A stretch of DNA of 64,000 bases, taken from contig OY762069.1 in NCBI GenBank assembly GCA_963665095.1, positions 256,001 to 320,000 on the forward strand, written 5' to 3'. The notes beneath the pieces were generated by a model. It saw nothing but the letters and a program-made list of their open reading frames with translations. It did not search any database and was not told the origin of the DNA. The position numbers and the translations under genes are program-made. The stretch comes from an uncultured Desulfobacter sp. Its GTDB lineage: Bacteria; Desulfobacterota; Desulfobacteria; Desulfobacterales; Desulfobacteraceae. The number at the start of each line of letters is the position of its first letter. The first letter of the stretch is position 1. This document shows positions 50,481 through 60,445 of this stretch, in pieces.

Positions 50481-53400
50481 ATGGAAACCCTGACCCGGGA
50501 ACCTGTTTCAACAGGCTCTTATATCATTAACCAGGCACGACGTGTTAACCTGAACCCAAGTCTGCTCTATGAAGCGGTAATTGACCTGTCATCCGAAGGG
50601 CTGATTACAGCAGACTGTATCAACCGGGCAGCCGGTATTCTCCTCAACGATCTGGGCCTGCCGCCCAATTTTTTTGAAAACATTACCAAGGCTTTTTTAA
50701 AGCATATCCTGTCGTCCATTGCTAAAAGCCTGCGTGTCAGTGGCGACAGTGTGGATCTGTTTCCATGGGTGGCCGACATTGATTTCAGCCTTGCCCAGGG
50801 CCGGCAGGCCCAAAGGGTTCGCATCGCCACAAAAGAGACCCGGGATGCCATGGAGCTCCTTCTGGACAGCCAGCTGGTGGGCCACCGCAGGGAGTACTAT
50901 TATAATCCTGAAAAAGAGTACTACACCTATGTGTTCCGGCCCGAGACAGTGCTGGATATGCCCGAAGAAAAGGTGTCCGGGTCCCGCTTCCTTTTTGACC
51001 TGAACCGCAGATATCGCCAGACACCACGGCTCACCCGGAACCGGTACGAGCAGTTTTTAAAAACCATTGCCGGTCAGGTGACGCCGGTGATTGAGGTGTC
51101 CCGTCTGGCAGATATCGGTGAAACACGGTTTATGTTTAACTCGGATTTTGAAAAACCCCAGATGGCTGTCTTAAGACGGCTGTTTGCCGACCATGGCCTT
51201 ACGATCACCCAGGCCTACTGGGAGCCTTACAGAACCAAAACAGGCGTTCCCTCTTCCATCTGTTCCGTCTATGTCACGGGAAAACTGACAGGCACCGGTG
51301 AGAAGCTGATCATTGATGATCTGCGCGCCTTTTTAAGTTTCAGGATTTCCGGGGTCACAAAGCTATATGTGGACGGCAGCCTGAATTTCAGGCAGATGCT
51401 GTTTGCCGGTAATGCCGTGGATTTCACCCATATGTTTATATATAAGGAACGGGGCAACCACAGTGACCGGGAGATCATGAACAGCCTGGAAAAGCCGGAC
51501 CACAAGGCAGCCTTTTCCTCCAGGATCCACGAATCCAACAAGTTTACCTATGATTCGCGCACCATCCTTGAAACCGCCTGCGCCCATCCGGATCTGATCC
51601 GGCATCTGTTTGAACTGTTTGATAACCGGTTTAACCCGGCAGGCCCCTGTGATGCAGATGAGGACAGGCTGGAACAGGCCAGAGCTGAATTTGAGAAGAC
51701 CCTTTCCATCCGGTTCATGGACGATCCCCTGGACCGGGACATCTTCTCCTTTATGTTCAAGTTTATTGCCGCCACCCTGAAAACCAACTTTTACAAACCC
51801 GAGAAGCGCTCCTTTTCATTCCGGATGGACAACCGGGTTCTGGATCCCCTGGTGTTTGATCAGTTTGTGTTTGGCATTTTCTATGTCAACGGCCATTATG
51901 CCTGCGGTACCCACCTTCGGGCCGATGATATTGCCAGAGGGGGGCTGCGCATGATCCGGGTGACCCCTGCCAACCACTACAGCGAACTGGATAATGCGGT
52001 TCTGCTTAACTATGCCTTAGGCCCCAAGGCCCAGCGCCTGAAACACAAGGATATCTGCGAAAGCGGGTCCAAGGGTGTGGTGGTGCCCCATCCCCTCTAT
52101 GCCACCTACAGCATGGAAGCCCTGTATGACTATACCGACGGGATCATGGATCTCATGCTGCCCGATTTTAATGTGGTGGATCATTACAAAAAGCCTGAGA
52201 TGATCTTCTTTGGTCCGGATGAGGGCACTGCCCCCCTGATGGACAAAGTGGCCTTACGGGCAAGGGAGCGGGGCTATGATTACTGGCGCACCATCACCAC
52301 AGGTAAAAGCTTCGGTATCCCCCACGACACCTACGGGATACTGGACAATGGAGATGTGTTCGGACTGACTGCCCATGACGAAGAGAATACGGAACTTGCC
52401 GTAAATGGCGAGTCCCGGGTGATTACGTCGAATATGGACGAGATCTGGCAGCAGATCGGCAGCCGGGTGGAGATCAGCGGCATGACCACCACCTCGGTCA
52501 TGGGGGCGTTTCGTACCATGACCGGTCATTACGGGGCAAGGGAACAGGATCTGAACCTGATGATGACGGGAGGGCCGGACGGCGACCTTGGATCCAACGA
52601 GATTCAGTCATATAAGGGCAATATCTGTCTGATCATTGACGGCGGCTCCATCTTGTATGACCCGGACGGCCTGGATAAAGAGGCCTTGACCAAAATTGCC
52701 TTTATGCGCCATACCAGCCCCAGGGTCAATTCTTTGGGGTTTCCGGTGGAAAAGCTTGGGCCAAGGGGATTCCAGGTGCCTTTAAAGGCTAAGAACATCA
52801 CCCTTTCTGACGGGACCAAGGTGCCGGACGGGGCCATTTTCCACAGAAATTTCCTCTTTGATCCTGCCAACCGGAAATACATTGAACAGGCCAATATCCA
52901 GGCGTTCATTCCCTGCGGCGGGTTCAAAGATACCATCAACCGGGGAAATGTGGGGGCATTTGCCCGGAATTTTGCCGAGCTTAAATTCATTGTGGAAGGC
53001 GCCAATGTCTTTTTTGATGACGCGGCCCGGCGCTTCATTGCCTCATCCACCCCCATCAAGCAGATCAAGGACAGCTCTGCCAACAAGGGCGGAGTGTTCT
53101 CCTCTGCCGTGGCCGAGGTACTCACCGCCTTCCTTCTGGAGGACGATTATGAAGCGCGCCTTTTGGAGCATGTCCAGACCCGCTGGGCCCTGATCCGGGA
53201 TATCATGGATCTTGTGGCCACCTATGCCAGGCTTGAGGCCTCCATGCTGATCCGCATCCATGAGTCAGATCCCGCTGTGCCTCTGTTTGTACTGTCAGAG
53301 CGAACCAGCGAGCAGATTTTTGCCTTTCAGGCGGTGGTGGCTGAGCATATTGACCAGATTGTTGCGGATGAGGATCTTTTGTGGGCAGTGCTTAAAACCT

Positions 53401-53615
53401 ATATTCCAAACGTCCTTTCCCAAAGTATGGGACGGAATGCGATTTTGAATATTATGAACGCGGAAAAGCTTTTTTCTTATAGAAATGCAATAATAACGAA
53501 AAAAATGGCTTCCATGGCCTTCTACAGGCATGGTATGAATTGGGAGGCATATGTTCAGGAAGCAGCCGGCGATTTCGCCGGTGCCATGACTGATCTTTTC
53601 AAAAAAGACCAATAA
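50481..53615 (+). CDS. Large NAD-specific glutamate dehydrogenase (GDH2-type, about 1040 aa)
   Basis: ARGGLR, GSKG, GPDEGTA, TTGK, TGGPDGDLGSN, EGAN, ANKGGV; AAGGAGA RBS before ATG 50481. Confidence 0.87.
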   Translation: METLTREPVSTGSYIINQARRVNLNPSLLYEAVIDLSSEGLITADCINRAAGILLNDLGLPPNFFENITKAFLKHILSSIAKSLRVSGDSVDLFPWVADIDFSLAQGRQAQRVRIATKETRDAMELLLDSQLVGHRREYYYNPEKEYYTYVFRPETVLDMPEEKVSGSRFLFDLNRRYRQTPRLTRNRYEQFLKTIAGQVTPVIEVSRLADIGETRFMFNSDFEKPQMAVLRRLFADHGLTITQAYWEPYRTKTGVPSSICSVYVTGKLTGTGEKLIIDDLRAFLSFRISGVTKLYVDGSLNFRQMLFAGNAVDFTHMFIYKERGNHSDREIMNSLEKPDHKAAFSSRIHESNKFTYDSRTILETACAHPDLIRHLFELFDNRFNPAGPCDADEDRLEQARAEFEKTLSIRFMDDPLDRDIFSFMFKFIAATLKTNFYKPEKRSFSFRMDNRVLDPLVFDQFVFGIFYVNGHYACGTHLRADDIARGGLRMIRVTPANHYSELDNAVLLNYALGPKAQRLKHKDICESGSKGVVVPHPLYATYSMEALYDYTDGIMDLMLPDFNVVDHYKKPEMIFFGPDEGTAPLMDKVALRARERGYDYWRTITTGKSFGIPHDTYGILDNGDVFGLTAHDEENTELAVNGESRVITSNMDEIWQQIGSRVEISGMTTTSVMGAFRTMTGHYGAREQDLNLMMTGGPDGDLGSNEIQSYKGNICLIIDGGSILYDPDGLDKEALTKIAFMRHTSPRVNSLGFPVEKLGPRGFQVPLKAKNITLSDGTKVPDGAIFHRNFLFDPANRKYIEQANIQAFIPCGGFKDTINRGNVGAFARNFAELKFIVEGANVFFDDAARRFIASSTPIKQIKDSSANKGGVFSSAVAEVLTAFLLEDDYEARLLEHVQTRWALIRDIMDLVATYARLEASMLIRIHESDPAVPLFVLSERTSEQIFAFQAVVAEHIDQIVADEDLLWAVLKTYIPNVLSQSMGRNAILNIMNAEKLFSYRNAIITKKMASMAFYRHGMNWEAYVQEAAGDFAGAMTDLFKKDQ

Positions 53616-53643
53616 TCATCCAAACGAACAGGAGACATGTAAC

Positions 53644-54993
53644 ATGGGAACCATAATGGACATTGTCAGTAACAGAGATCCTTATGAAAAGGAATTTCAT
53701 CAGGCAGTTCATGAGGTGGCAGAGTCTGTAAAACCGGTGCTGGATAAAAATCCTGAGTACCGGCATGCCGGGATCATGGAAAGAATGGTGGAGCCGGAGC
53801 GGGTGATCCAGTTCCGGGTTCCCTGGGTGGATGACCAGGGACGGGTACAGGTGAATCGCGGATTCAGAATCGAGATGAACTCCGCCATCGGACCGTATAA
53901 AGGCGGACTGCGGTTTCACCCTTCGGTAAACCTCTCCATTCTCAAATTCCTTGCCTTTGAACAGGTGTTTAAAAACGCCCTGACCACACTTCCCATGGGG
54001 GGCGGCAAAGGCGGATCTGATTTCGATCCCAAGGGCAAGTCTGATTTTGAAGTGATGCGCTTCTGCCAGAGTTTCATGTCTGAGCTGTACCGCCATATCG
54101 GCCACGACACCGATGTGCCGGCCGGAGATATCGGGGTGGGGGGCCGTGAAATCGGTTATCTGTTTGGCATGTATAAGAAACTGAAAAATGAGTTTACAGG
54201 GGTTCTCACGGGCAAGGCCCTGAACTGGGGCGGTTCCCTGATCCGGCCAGAAGCCACGGGCTATGGATCGGTGTTCTTTGCCGATGAAATGCTGGCCACC
54301 CGTAACGAAAGTCTTAAAGGAAAAATTTGTCTGGTGTCCGGTTCCGGGAATGTGGCCCAGTACACCACGGAAAAGATCAACCATCTGGGGGGCAGGGTGG
54401 TGACCTTGTCAGATTCTTCAGGATTTATCTATGATGAACAGGGCATAGACGCAGATAAACTGCAATGGGTCATGTATCTGAAAAACGTTAAACGGGGAAG
54501 AATCAAAGAGTATGCGGAAAAATTCCCCTCTGCCCAGTACACCCCCATTGACGGCAATGAAGATCACAATCCGTTATGGAATCATAAGGCGGATTGCGCA
54601 TTCCCTTCCGCCACCCAGAATGAGATCAATGATAAAGATGCCCGGAATCTGGTGAATAACGGGGTGTATCTGGTATGCGAAGGGGCCAACATGCCCTCAA
54701 CGCCCGAGGCCATTGACATTTTTCTGGACAAAAAGTTCCTTTATGCCCCGGGCAAGGCTTCCAATGCCGGCGGGGTGGCGGTTTCCGGGCTGGAGATGTC
54801 CCAGAACTCCATGCGGATCAAATGGTCCAGGGAAGAGGTGGAAGCCAAGCTTAAAGGGATTATGCAAAGCATTCACCATGCCTGCCTGGATTTTGCCGAA
54901 GAGTACGGGACGCCTGGCAATTACGTGAATGGCGCCAATATTGCCGGCTTTGTCAAAGTGGCTGACGCCATGATGGACCAGGGCATTGTCTGA
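53644..54993 (+). CDS. gdhA: NADP-specific glutamate dehydrogenase
   Basis: GPYKGGLRFHPSV, GGGKGGSDFDP, DVPAGDIGVG, RPEATGYG, SGSGNVAQ, EGANMP. Confidence 0.96.
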   Translation: MGTIMDIVSNRDPYEKEFHQAVHEVAESVKPVLDKNPEYRHAGIMERMVEPERVIQFRVPWVDDQGRVQVNRGFRIEMNSAIGPYKGGLRFHPSVNLSILKFLAFEQVFKNALTTLPMGGGKGGSDFDPKGKSDFEVMRFCQSFMSELYRHIGHDTDVPAGDIGVGGREIGYLFGMYKKLKNEFTGVLTGKALNWGGSLIRPEATGYGSVFFADEMLATRNESLKGKICLVSGSGNVAQYTTEKINHLGGRVVTLSDSSGFIYDEQGIDADKLQWVMYLKNVKRGRIKEYAEKFPSAQYTPIDGNEDHNPLWNHKADCAFPSATQNEINDKDARNLVNNGVYLVCEGANMPSTPEAIDIFLDKKFLYAPGKASNAGGVAVSGLEMSQNSMRIKWSREEVEAKLKGIMQSIHHACLDFAEEYGTPGNYVNGANIAGFVKVADAMMDQGIV

Positions 54994-55022
54994 TCCGGTC
55001 CAGACGTCTGAAATGTTTATCC

Positions 55023-55057
55023 GCCCCCGTCAGTGAGATTCACTGCCGGGGGCTTTT
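55023..55057 (+). terminator. Intrinsic terminator after gdhA
   Basis: GCCCCCG-T-CAGTGA-GAT-TCACTG-C-CGGGGGC-TTTT. Confidence 0.8.
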
Positions 55058-55172
55058 GCCACAAGGCTTTTCCAACCAAAGGTTCTGTGTGGTTGAGATC
55101 TCAGTGGTGTTGTTTTTTTTAAAGGAAAATCCAACAGCATTTTTCCCTTGGCTGGTATGTGTCCAGCCTGGC

Positions 55173-56264
55173 TCAGGCGCAGATTACCTGGTTTCTTCCA
55201 TGGTTTTTCGCTTCATACATGGCCATATCCGCCTTTTCCAGTGCCTGCTTTAACGGCTGATGCTTGTTTATTTCATACACACCGCAACTTATGGTGACGG
55301 TCAGTTCTTCATGTTCCCAGCGCAGCGCTTCAACGGCCTGTCTCATTTTATCGGCCCGTATCTGGGCGATGCCTGACGGTGCGTTTTCCAGGATGATCAG
55401 AAATTCCTCCCCTCCGTACCGGCCAAAATAATCTGTTTTCCGCATCTTTGAGTTGACTTCCCGGCTGATACCAACAAGAACGGTATCCCCAAAATTGTGG
55501 CCGTAGGTATCATTAACGGATTTAAAGTGGTCAATATCGAACATGATAATGGAGATGGGAAAATTGTCCTTGTGTTCTTTCATGATTTCCAGTCGGTCCA
55601 TGATAAACCGGCGGTTGTAAATGCCGGTTAAAGGATCTTTGATGGACTTTTCACGCAGGTCCTGGTTGATGTTTTCAAGGTTTTTATTTGCCCTTTCCAC
55701 AATGCTTAACAAACGGTTATATTCTGCTGTTAACCGGTGGAGCAGAATAAACAGGGTGACTGCCAGAAGGAACAGGGCAATGGTGATGTCAATGTCCTGG
55801 GATTTCACATCCGGATAGCGGGTAATTACATGGGGAAACGATACTTCTGCCAGAATAAGTCCGCATAAGATCAGCATCTGCAGGGAAAATAACAATGATC
55901 GCCGTTTCAGTCCTTTGAGCATCACAACGGTGCAGCCTATATTTATGATGTAGTAGTAAGGCATTGCACCTGTCAGTCCGCCGCTTGCCAGCCACATACT
56001 TGGAAGCGTGTAAATGCTTATTACCGATATCAGAATGGCGGCCGGTATCACATTGCTGTGTTTATAGTGATAAAAGTAGAAGGCGGTAATGGAGGCAGCA
56101 AGCAGGATCAGCAAGGGGAAAATTGATGAAAAACCCAGTCCCATGAGTAGGTTGATGATGATGCAGATGATGGAAAGGAAAAAGGCTGTGGCACAGGTCA
56201 CTATAAGCATTCTATGCTCAATGGAGATCTGATGGAAATTTTTAATGTAATGCATGATCGTCAT
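55173..56264 (-). CDS. Membrane-anchored GGDEF diguanylate cyclase
   Basis: About 6 TM; DPLTGIYNRR, DIDHFKSVND, RKTD I-site, RYGGEEF. Confidence 0.93.
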   Translation of the reverse strand: MTIMHYIKNFHQISIEHRMLIVTCATAFFLSIICIIINLLMGLGFSSIFPLLILLAASITAFYFYHYKHSNVIPAAILISVISIYTLPSMWLASGGLTGAMPYYYIINIGCTVVMLKGLKRRSLLFSLQMLILCGLILAEVSFPHVITRYPDVKSQDIDITIALFLLAVTLFILLHRLTAEYNRLLSIVERANKNLENINQDLREKSIKDPLTGIYNRRFIMDRLEIMKEHKDNFPISIIMFDIDHFKSVNDTYGHNFGDTVLVGISREVNSKMRKTDYFGRYGGEEFLIILENAPSGIAQIRADKMRQAVEALRWEHEELTVTISCGVYEINKHQPLKQALEKADMAMYEAKNHGRNQVICA

Positions 56265-56485
56265 TCCTGAATAATGGTTTAAGATTCATAACCCCATAAA
56301 TATCGTGTACAGACGTTCCATTAAGAGAAACCCTGGAAAGAAAGTCACTGTCAAAAATTATGAAATGGATTTAATGGCTCTGCTGCGTCTGTTATGAGTC
56401 AATCAATAATAACAAAAAGCTGTGAAAATGTGTAAAAAATATTACTTTTCAGAAGGCGAATTCGTAAGAATGAAATATGGCAGGT

Positions 56486-58711
56486 TCAGGCGAACAGATC
56501 TGCATCGCCGATGGACGATACCATGATCAGTGTCGGCAGGTTGGCCAGGGTGGCCGTATACCTTGCCTGAAACGTTTCTGCCTGGTCCTGTTCCGGGACA
56601 TTAAAGCCGATGAAAACAACCGATGAGTCGGCAGACATGGATTCCAGCACTTTTTCAAAGGGTTCCGGGGATACAATCACCCTTGTTTCGGCCTTTACCC
56701 GGGCTTTTTGCAGCAGCCTTTCCATGGCGTCCCTGGCTGGCTGTTCAGAGGATGACTCCCGGATGATCCTGAACAATCGCAGGGTGGCACCGGCCCACTG
56801 CCGGTTCAGTGTGAGCAGATGGGCAAGGATGAGCATCAGGGAACCGTTTTTCCGGCCCCGCCACCAGATATCGATACACCCTTTGTCCCGGGGTGGCAGT
56901 CCTTTGTCATTAATAATAACAAGGTTCATGCCCATGGCCTGGACAATGCGCAGGTGCCGTGTAAAGGAACAGGCTCTGGCCGGATCCGATGACCAGCCGA
57001 AAATTACCGTATTGGGCTGGAGCGGCCCCTGGGGGTGGGCCTGGAGGGCTGCCGTGATGCCCTGATCAAGATCCTGGGAGACCATGACCGTTGAAAATCC
57101 GCTGAAACCGTGATCCTGGAAGAATTTTTTAAGCTGGATCAGGGCGGCCTGCCTCATCTCCATGAGATCCTGGAGATTGCCGGGAAGGATACGGACCAGG
57201 GTCACGATGCCCCGGTCCTCACCGATCCACAGGGCATACTGGACCAGGGTAAACCGGGTCCGGGGGCTTCCTGAAAACACCAGAATTGCCGGACGCCAGT
57301 TCTTGGGATGGGTGGGCATCAGGGATAACTGGAGAAGATGGGCTCTCAGGCTTGAGTAAAAGAACCCCCACCGGGCATCCCCGAAACGGACTTCCAGGGA
57401 TTTTCGCCTGAGATGGGCGACCATTGCCGATATAAGCCCTGCCGCGCAGACCGCTGTGAGCGGATTGATCAGAAACGCTGTGGCAGCACACCCTATGGCG
57501 GCTATCATGGCCGGGATCCAGTGATAATACTTGAATCCCGGCCTGAAAGAGGGATTGCCGGCAAAGGACTCCACAAAAGCTGCAATATTGATCATTGCAT
57601 AGGTGTAAAGGAAAAACATGGTGACAATGCCGGCCAGGACGTTAAATGCCTGGCCGGTGTTTCCATTGCCGGCCCACAGGATGATGCAGATGGTCACAGC
57701 CAGGGTCAGCCATAGGGCCCTGACCGGTTCGTTGGCCCGGCCAGAACCTTTTTCAAAGGGGTGCAAAAGATGAATCAGCTCGTCCCTGGCCACGGCCTGG
57801 ATAACCCTGGGCGCTCCCATGAACGAGCCGATGGCGCTGGAGAGGGTCGCGGCAAAAACACCGGCCACCACCAGAAAGTCTGCGTTGAAAAGGGCCTGGC
57901 TGCACAGTGTTTCAAAGGAGGCATGAACCAGTGCCTGTCTGGACTGGGCTCCCCCGCATAAAAGGATCTGGAGACCATACACGGCAAATCCGGTGGCAAC
58001 CGCGCCAAGGGTGCCGGCAGGGATAGCCTTGCCGGGATTTCTCAAATCGCCGGACATGCTGATGCCGGCCATGATGCCGGTAACGGCTGGAAAATATATG
58101 GCAAAGACCCGCCAGAATGAGTACGCGTTGCTGGAATAGCCCGGGGGCAGGTTCTGCAGAAATATGTTGATGTCAAAGTGGGTCAGTGCCCCGCCCATGA
58201 AGGCAAGTATGGATAGCACAAGGATGGTCATGATCAGATACTGGGCACGGATGGCCCATCTGGCACCGGCCCGGGTGATGGTGAACAGGACAACCGCCGT
58301 TATCAGGGCAATGGTCCTGAAGTGGGGAACCAGACCCGGCAATGTCCGGACCAGGGATTCTGTGAAGCCTAAAATATAAAAGGGCACGGATATCGCCTGG
58401 GAGCAGAACAGGGCAAGACCGATGGCGCCCCCGAGCTCCGGTCCAACAGACCGAGATATCAGAAAATAGGCACCTCCCCCTGACACCGGTGTATTGGTGG
58501 ATACGGCGGAAACAGACATGGCTGTCAAAAGCGTAATGGCATGGCTCAGGCACAGGATCAGAAATGTCTGCAGAATGCCGGCCTGACCAATGACGAATCC
58601 TGCCCGCATAAACAGGATAACCCCCAGAATTGTCAAAATGGAGGGGGTAAAAACACCGCCAAAGGTGCCAAGTCTGTTGCCCTTATGGTTCTGTCCGGAT
58701 CTGATTTTCAT
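56486..58711 (-). CDS. APC-superfamily transporter, cation-chloride cotransporter (SLC12)-like
   Basis: LGTFGGVFTPSILTILGVILFMR, GGGAYFLISRS, FPAVTGIMAG..MSGDL, KNWRP, IDIWW; start set at the ATG following GGGGA. Confidence 0.88.
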   Translation of the reverse strand: MKIRSGQNHKGNRLGTFGGVFTPSILTILGVILFMRAGFVIGQAGILQTFLILCLSHAITLLTAMSVSAVSTNTPVSGGGAYFLISRSVGPELGGAIGLALFCSQAISVPFYILGFTESLVRTLPGLVPHFRTIALITAVVLFTITRAGARWAIRAQYLIMTILVLSILAFMGGALTHFDINIFLQNLPPGYSSNAYSFWRVFAIYFPAVTGIMAGISMSGDLRNPGKAIPAGTLGAVATGFAVYGLQILLCGGAQSRQALVHASFETLCSQALFNADFLVVAGVFAATLSSAIGSFMGAPRVIQAVARDELIHLLHPFEKGSGRANEPVRALWLTLAVTICIILWAGNGNTGQAFNVLAGIVTMFFLYTYAMINIAAFVESFAGNPSFRPGFKYYHWIPAMIAAIGCAATAFLINPLTAVCAAGLISAMVAHLRRKSLEVRFGDARWGFFYSSLRAHLLQLSLMPTHPKNWRPAILVFSGSPRTRFTLVQYALWIGEDRGIVTLVRILPGNLQDLMEMRQAALIQLKKFFQDHGFSGFSTVMVSQDLDQGITAALQAHPQGPLQPNTVIFGWSSDPARACSFTRHLRIVQAMGMNLVIINDKGLPPRDKGCIDIWWRGRKNGSLMLILAHLLTLNRQWAGATLRLFRIIRESSSEQPARDAMERLLQKARVKAETRVIVSPEPFEKVLESMSADSSVVFIGFNVPEQDQAETFQARYTATLANLPTLIMVSSIGDADLFA

Positions 58712-59472
58712 TCTGTCCCCGCCCGGGCCCGGGTGACTTTCCGGAAACCGGCCGGCCATGACAGGGCAATTCTGCCCGTGGTATTGACGGGGCTATGCTG
58801 TTTCACCACCTTCATCCAATACTCCTGCGCTAAGAGATTCTATCATATCTCCTTTATCCGGCCATGTTCGGCCTGTCAATGGGGATAATGGTTGCCCGCG
58901 GGGTAACCGCATTATAATAATAAATAATACACGCAATCTCCAATAAAGTTGATTTTTAGTTTTTGAAGGCTGGCACCATCATATAGTGGCTGGATATTTT
59001 GCAGAAAAGAGTTCAATCATCATTGTGGTCTACTAAAAAATTTGAATTGAGAGGAATCGGAAACCCCGTGCTACACGTAATATTGCTCGCCGGTTTGAGG
59101 ACTTAAAAAGTGTGGAAGTACAGGGAAAGTCTGGGGGCGTTGTTCGACCGAAAAACGGGGACTGGCCGAAGGGTAGTCTTCACCTCAGCCCCTTGGTTTG
59201 ATTTTCCAGATTTACGATCCAGGTCACCAATAACAAAAGTAGTGACCCCGTCTCAAATAGGCTTAGGAGTTCTTAAATACCATTAAAGCTCTCCCTAAAA
59301 TTACTTAATTTATCTGCAATCATTAGTTTTGTCATAATAGAGAAAAATCGAAGTTTCAACAAAATCCAATACAAGATTTCCTGAAGTCAACTTTTAACCC
59401 TAATCTTTACTCAAAACATTTCCCTTTTGACAAAAAAATTAAATCTAACTGTATATAAGCGCAAAATCCTAC

Positions 59473-59533
59473 TTGACAAAGAATAGAAACATTGTTTTAT
59501 TATTTAGCTAATAAATAAAACAATGTTCCTATT
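59473..59533 (+). promoter_or_regulatory. Promoter with overlapping inverted-repeat operator (probable TetR site)
   Basis: TTGACA at 59473; AATAGAAACATTGTTTTATT-N12-AATAAAACAATGTTCCTATT (19 of 20 positions complementary) upstream of an operon ending in a TetR gene. Confidence 0.7.
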
Positions 59534-59548
59534 TGCACAGGAAGCCAT

Positions 59549-60445
59549 ATGATGATGACATTAAACTCCGATCTTGTCGGAACCCAGCTTAAACCTTATG
59601 AAACCACCATCACCATGCGGCAGACCAAAAATCATGCTGCATCCATTGACGATGGCAACCCCCGATATTTTGACGATACGAACAAAAATGGGATTCTATC
59701 CCATCCCATGTTCCCGGTCACTGTGACCTGGCCTGTGCTCAGCCATCTTGACCGATTTATTGAGGCAGATAATTTCCCCACCGAGGTGCTTTTAACCCAG
59801 GTGCATTACTCAGAACATTTGATTTTACATCGTCTTGTGCAGCCAAATGATGCGTTGACCGTAAAAGGAGTGTTACAGGCATTCATTCCTCATCGGGCAG
59901 GCACCCATGCTGTCATCAAGCTTGATACCCTCGATAAAGCTGGAAAACCTGTATTTACAGAATATATAGGCGCAATGTTGAGAGGAGTTGACTGCGGTAA
60001 AGGCGGGATAGCAGACTCTATCCCTGTTGTTCCCGAAGGCAACAAAAATAATGATACCTCCGTTTGGGCCTCGGATGTCCACATCCATCCCCTCATGCCA
60101 TTTCTCTATGACAGCTGTACTGATATTGAATTCCCCATCCATACATCTGTACAATTTGCCAAAGCCGTTGGACTGCCAGGTATAATACTTCAGGGCACAG
60201 CCACACTTGCCCTGGTGGTAAGGGACATTGTAGACAGGGAGGCTGATATGGATCCATCCCGGGTAACCCAAATCGGCTGCAATTTTACCGGAATGGTCAA
60301 ACCTGATACGGACATCCGGATTCTCTGTACAGACAGAGTATGCCATCAAAACCATACGGATGTCTTTTTTATTGTGCTAAATAATGAAAACAAAAAGGCA
60401 ATCCGCAATGGATTCGTCCAAATCAAAAGGGGAAACCATGGCTGA
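59549..60445 (+). CDS. Double hot-dog MaoC/MFE2-type (R)-enoyl-CoA hydratase-like protein
   Basis: HPMFPV, QVHYSEH, PIHTSVQFAKAVGLPGIILQG. Confidence 0.82.
   Translation: MMMTLNSDLVGTQLKPYETTITMRQTKNHAASIDDGNPRYFDDTNKNGILSHPMFPVTVTWPVLSHLDRFIEADNFPTEVLLTQVHYSEHLILHRLVQPNDALTVKGVLQAFIPHRAGTHAVIKLDTLDKAGKPVFTEYIGAMLRGVDCGKGGIADSIPVVPEGNKNNDTSVWASDVHIHPLMPFLYDSCTDIEFPIHTSVQFAKAVGLPGIILQGTATLALVVRDIVDREADMDPSRVTQIGCNFTGMVKPDTDIRILCTDRVCHQNHTDVFFIVLNNENKKAIRNGFVQIKRGNHG

Noticed and set aside
59040..59280. Possible transposase or REP remnant at the composition shift
   Set aside because: Only a short open stretch with no catalytic motif, terminal repeats or target duplication that I can support.
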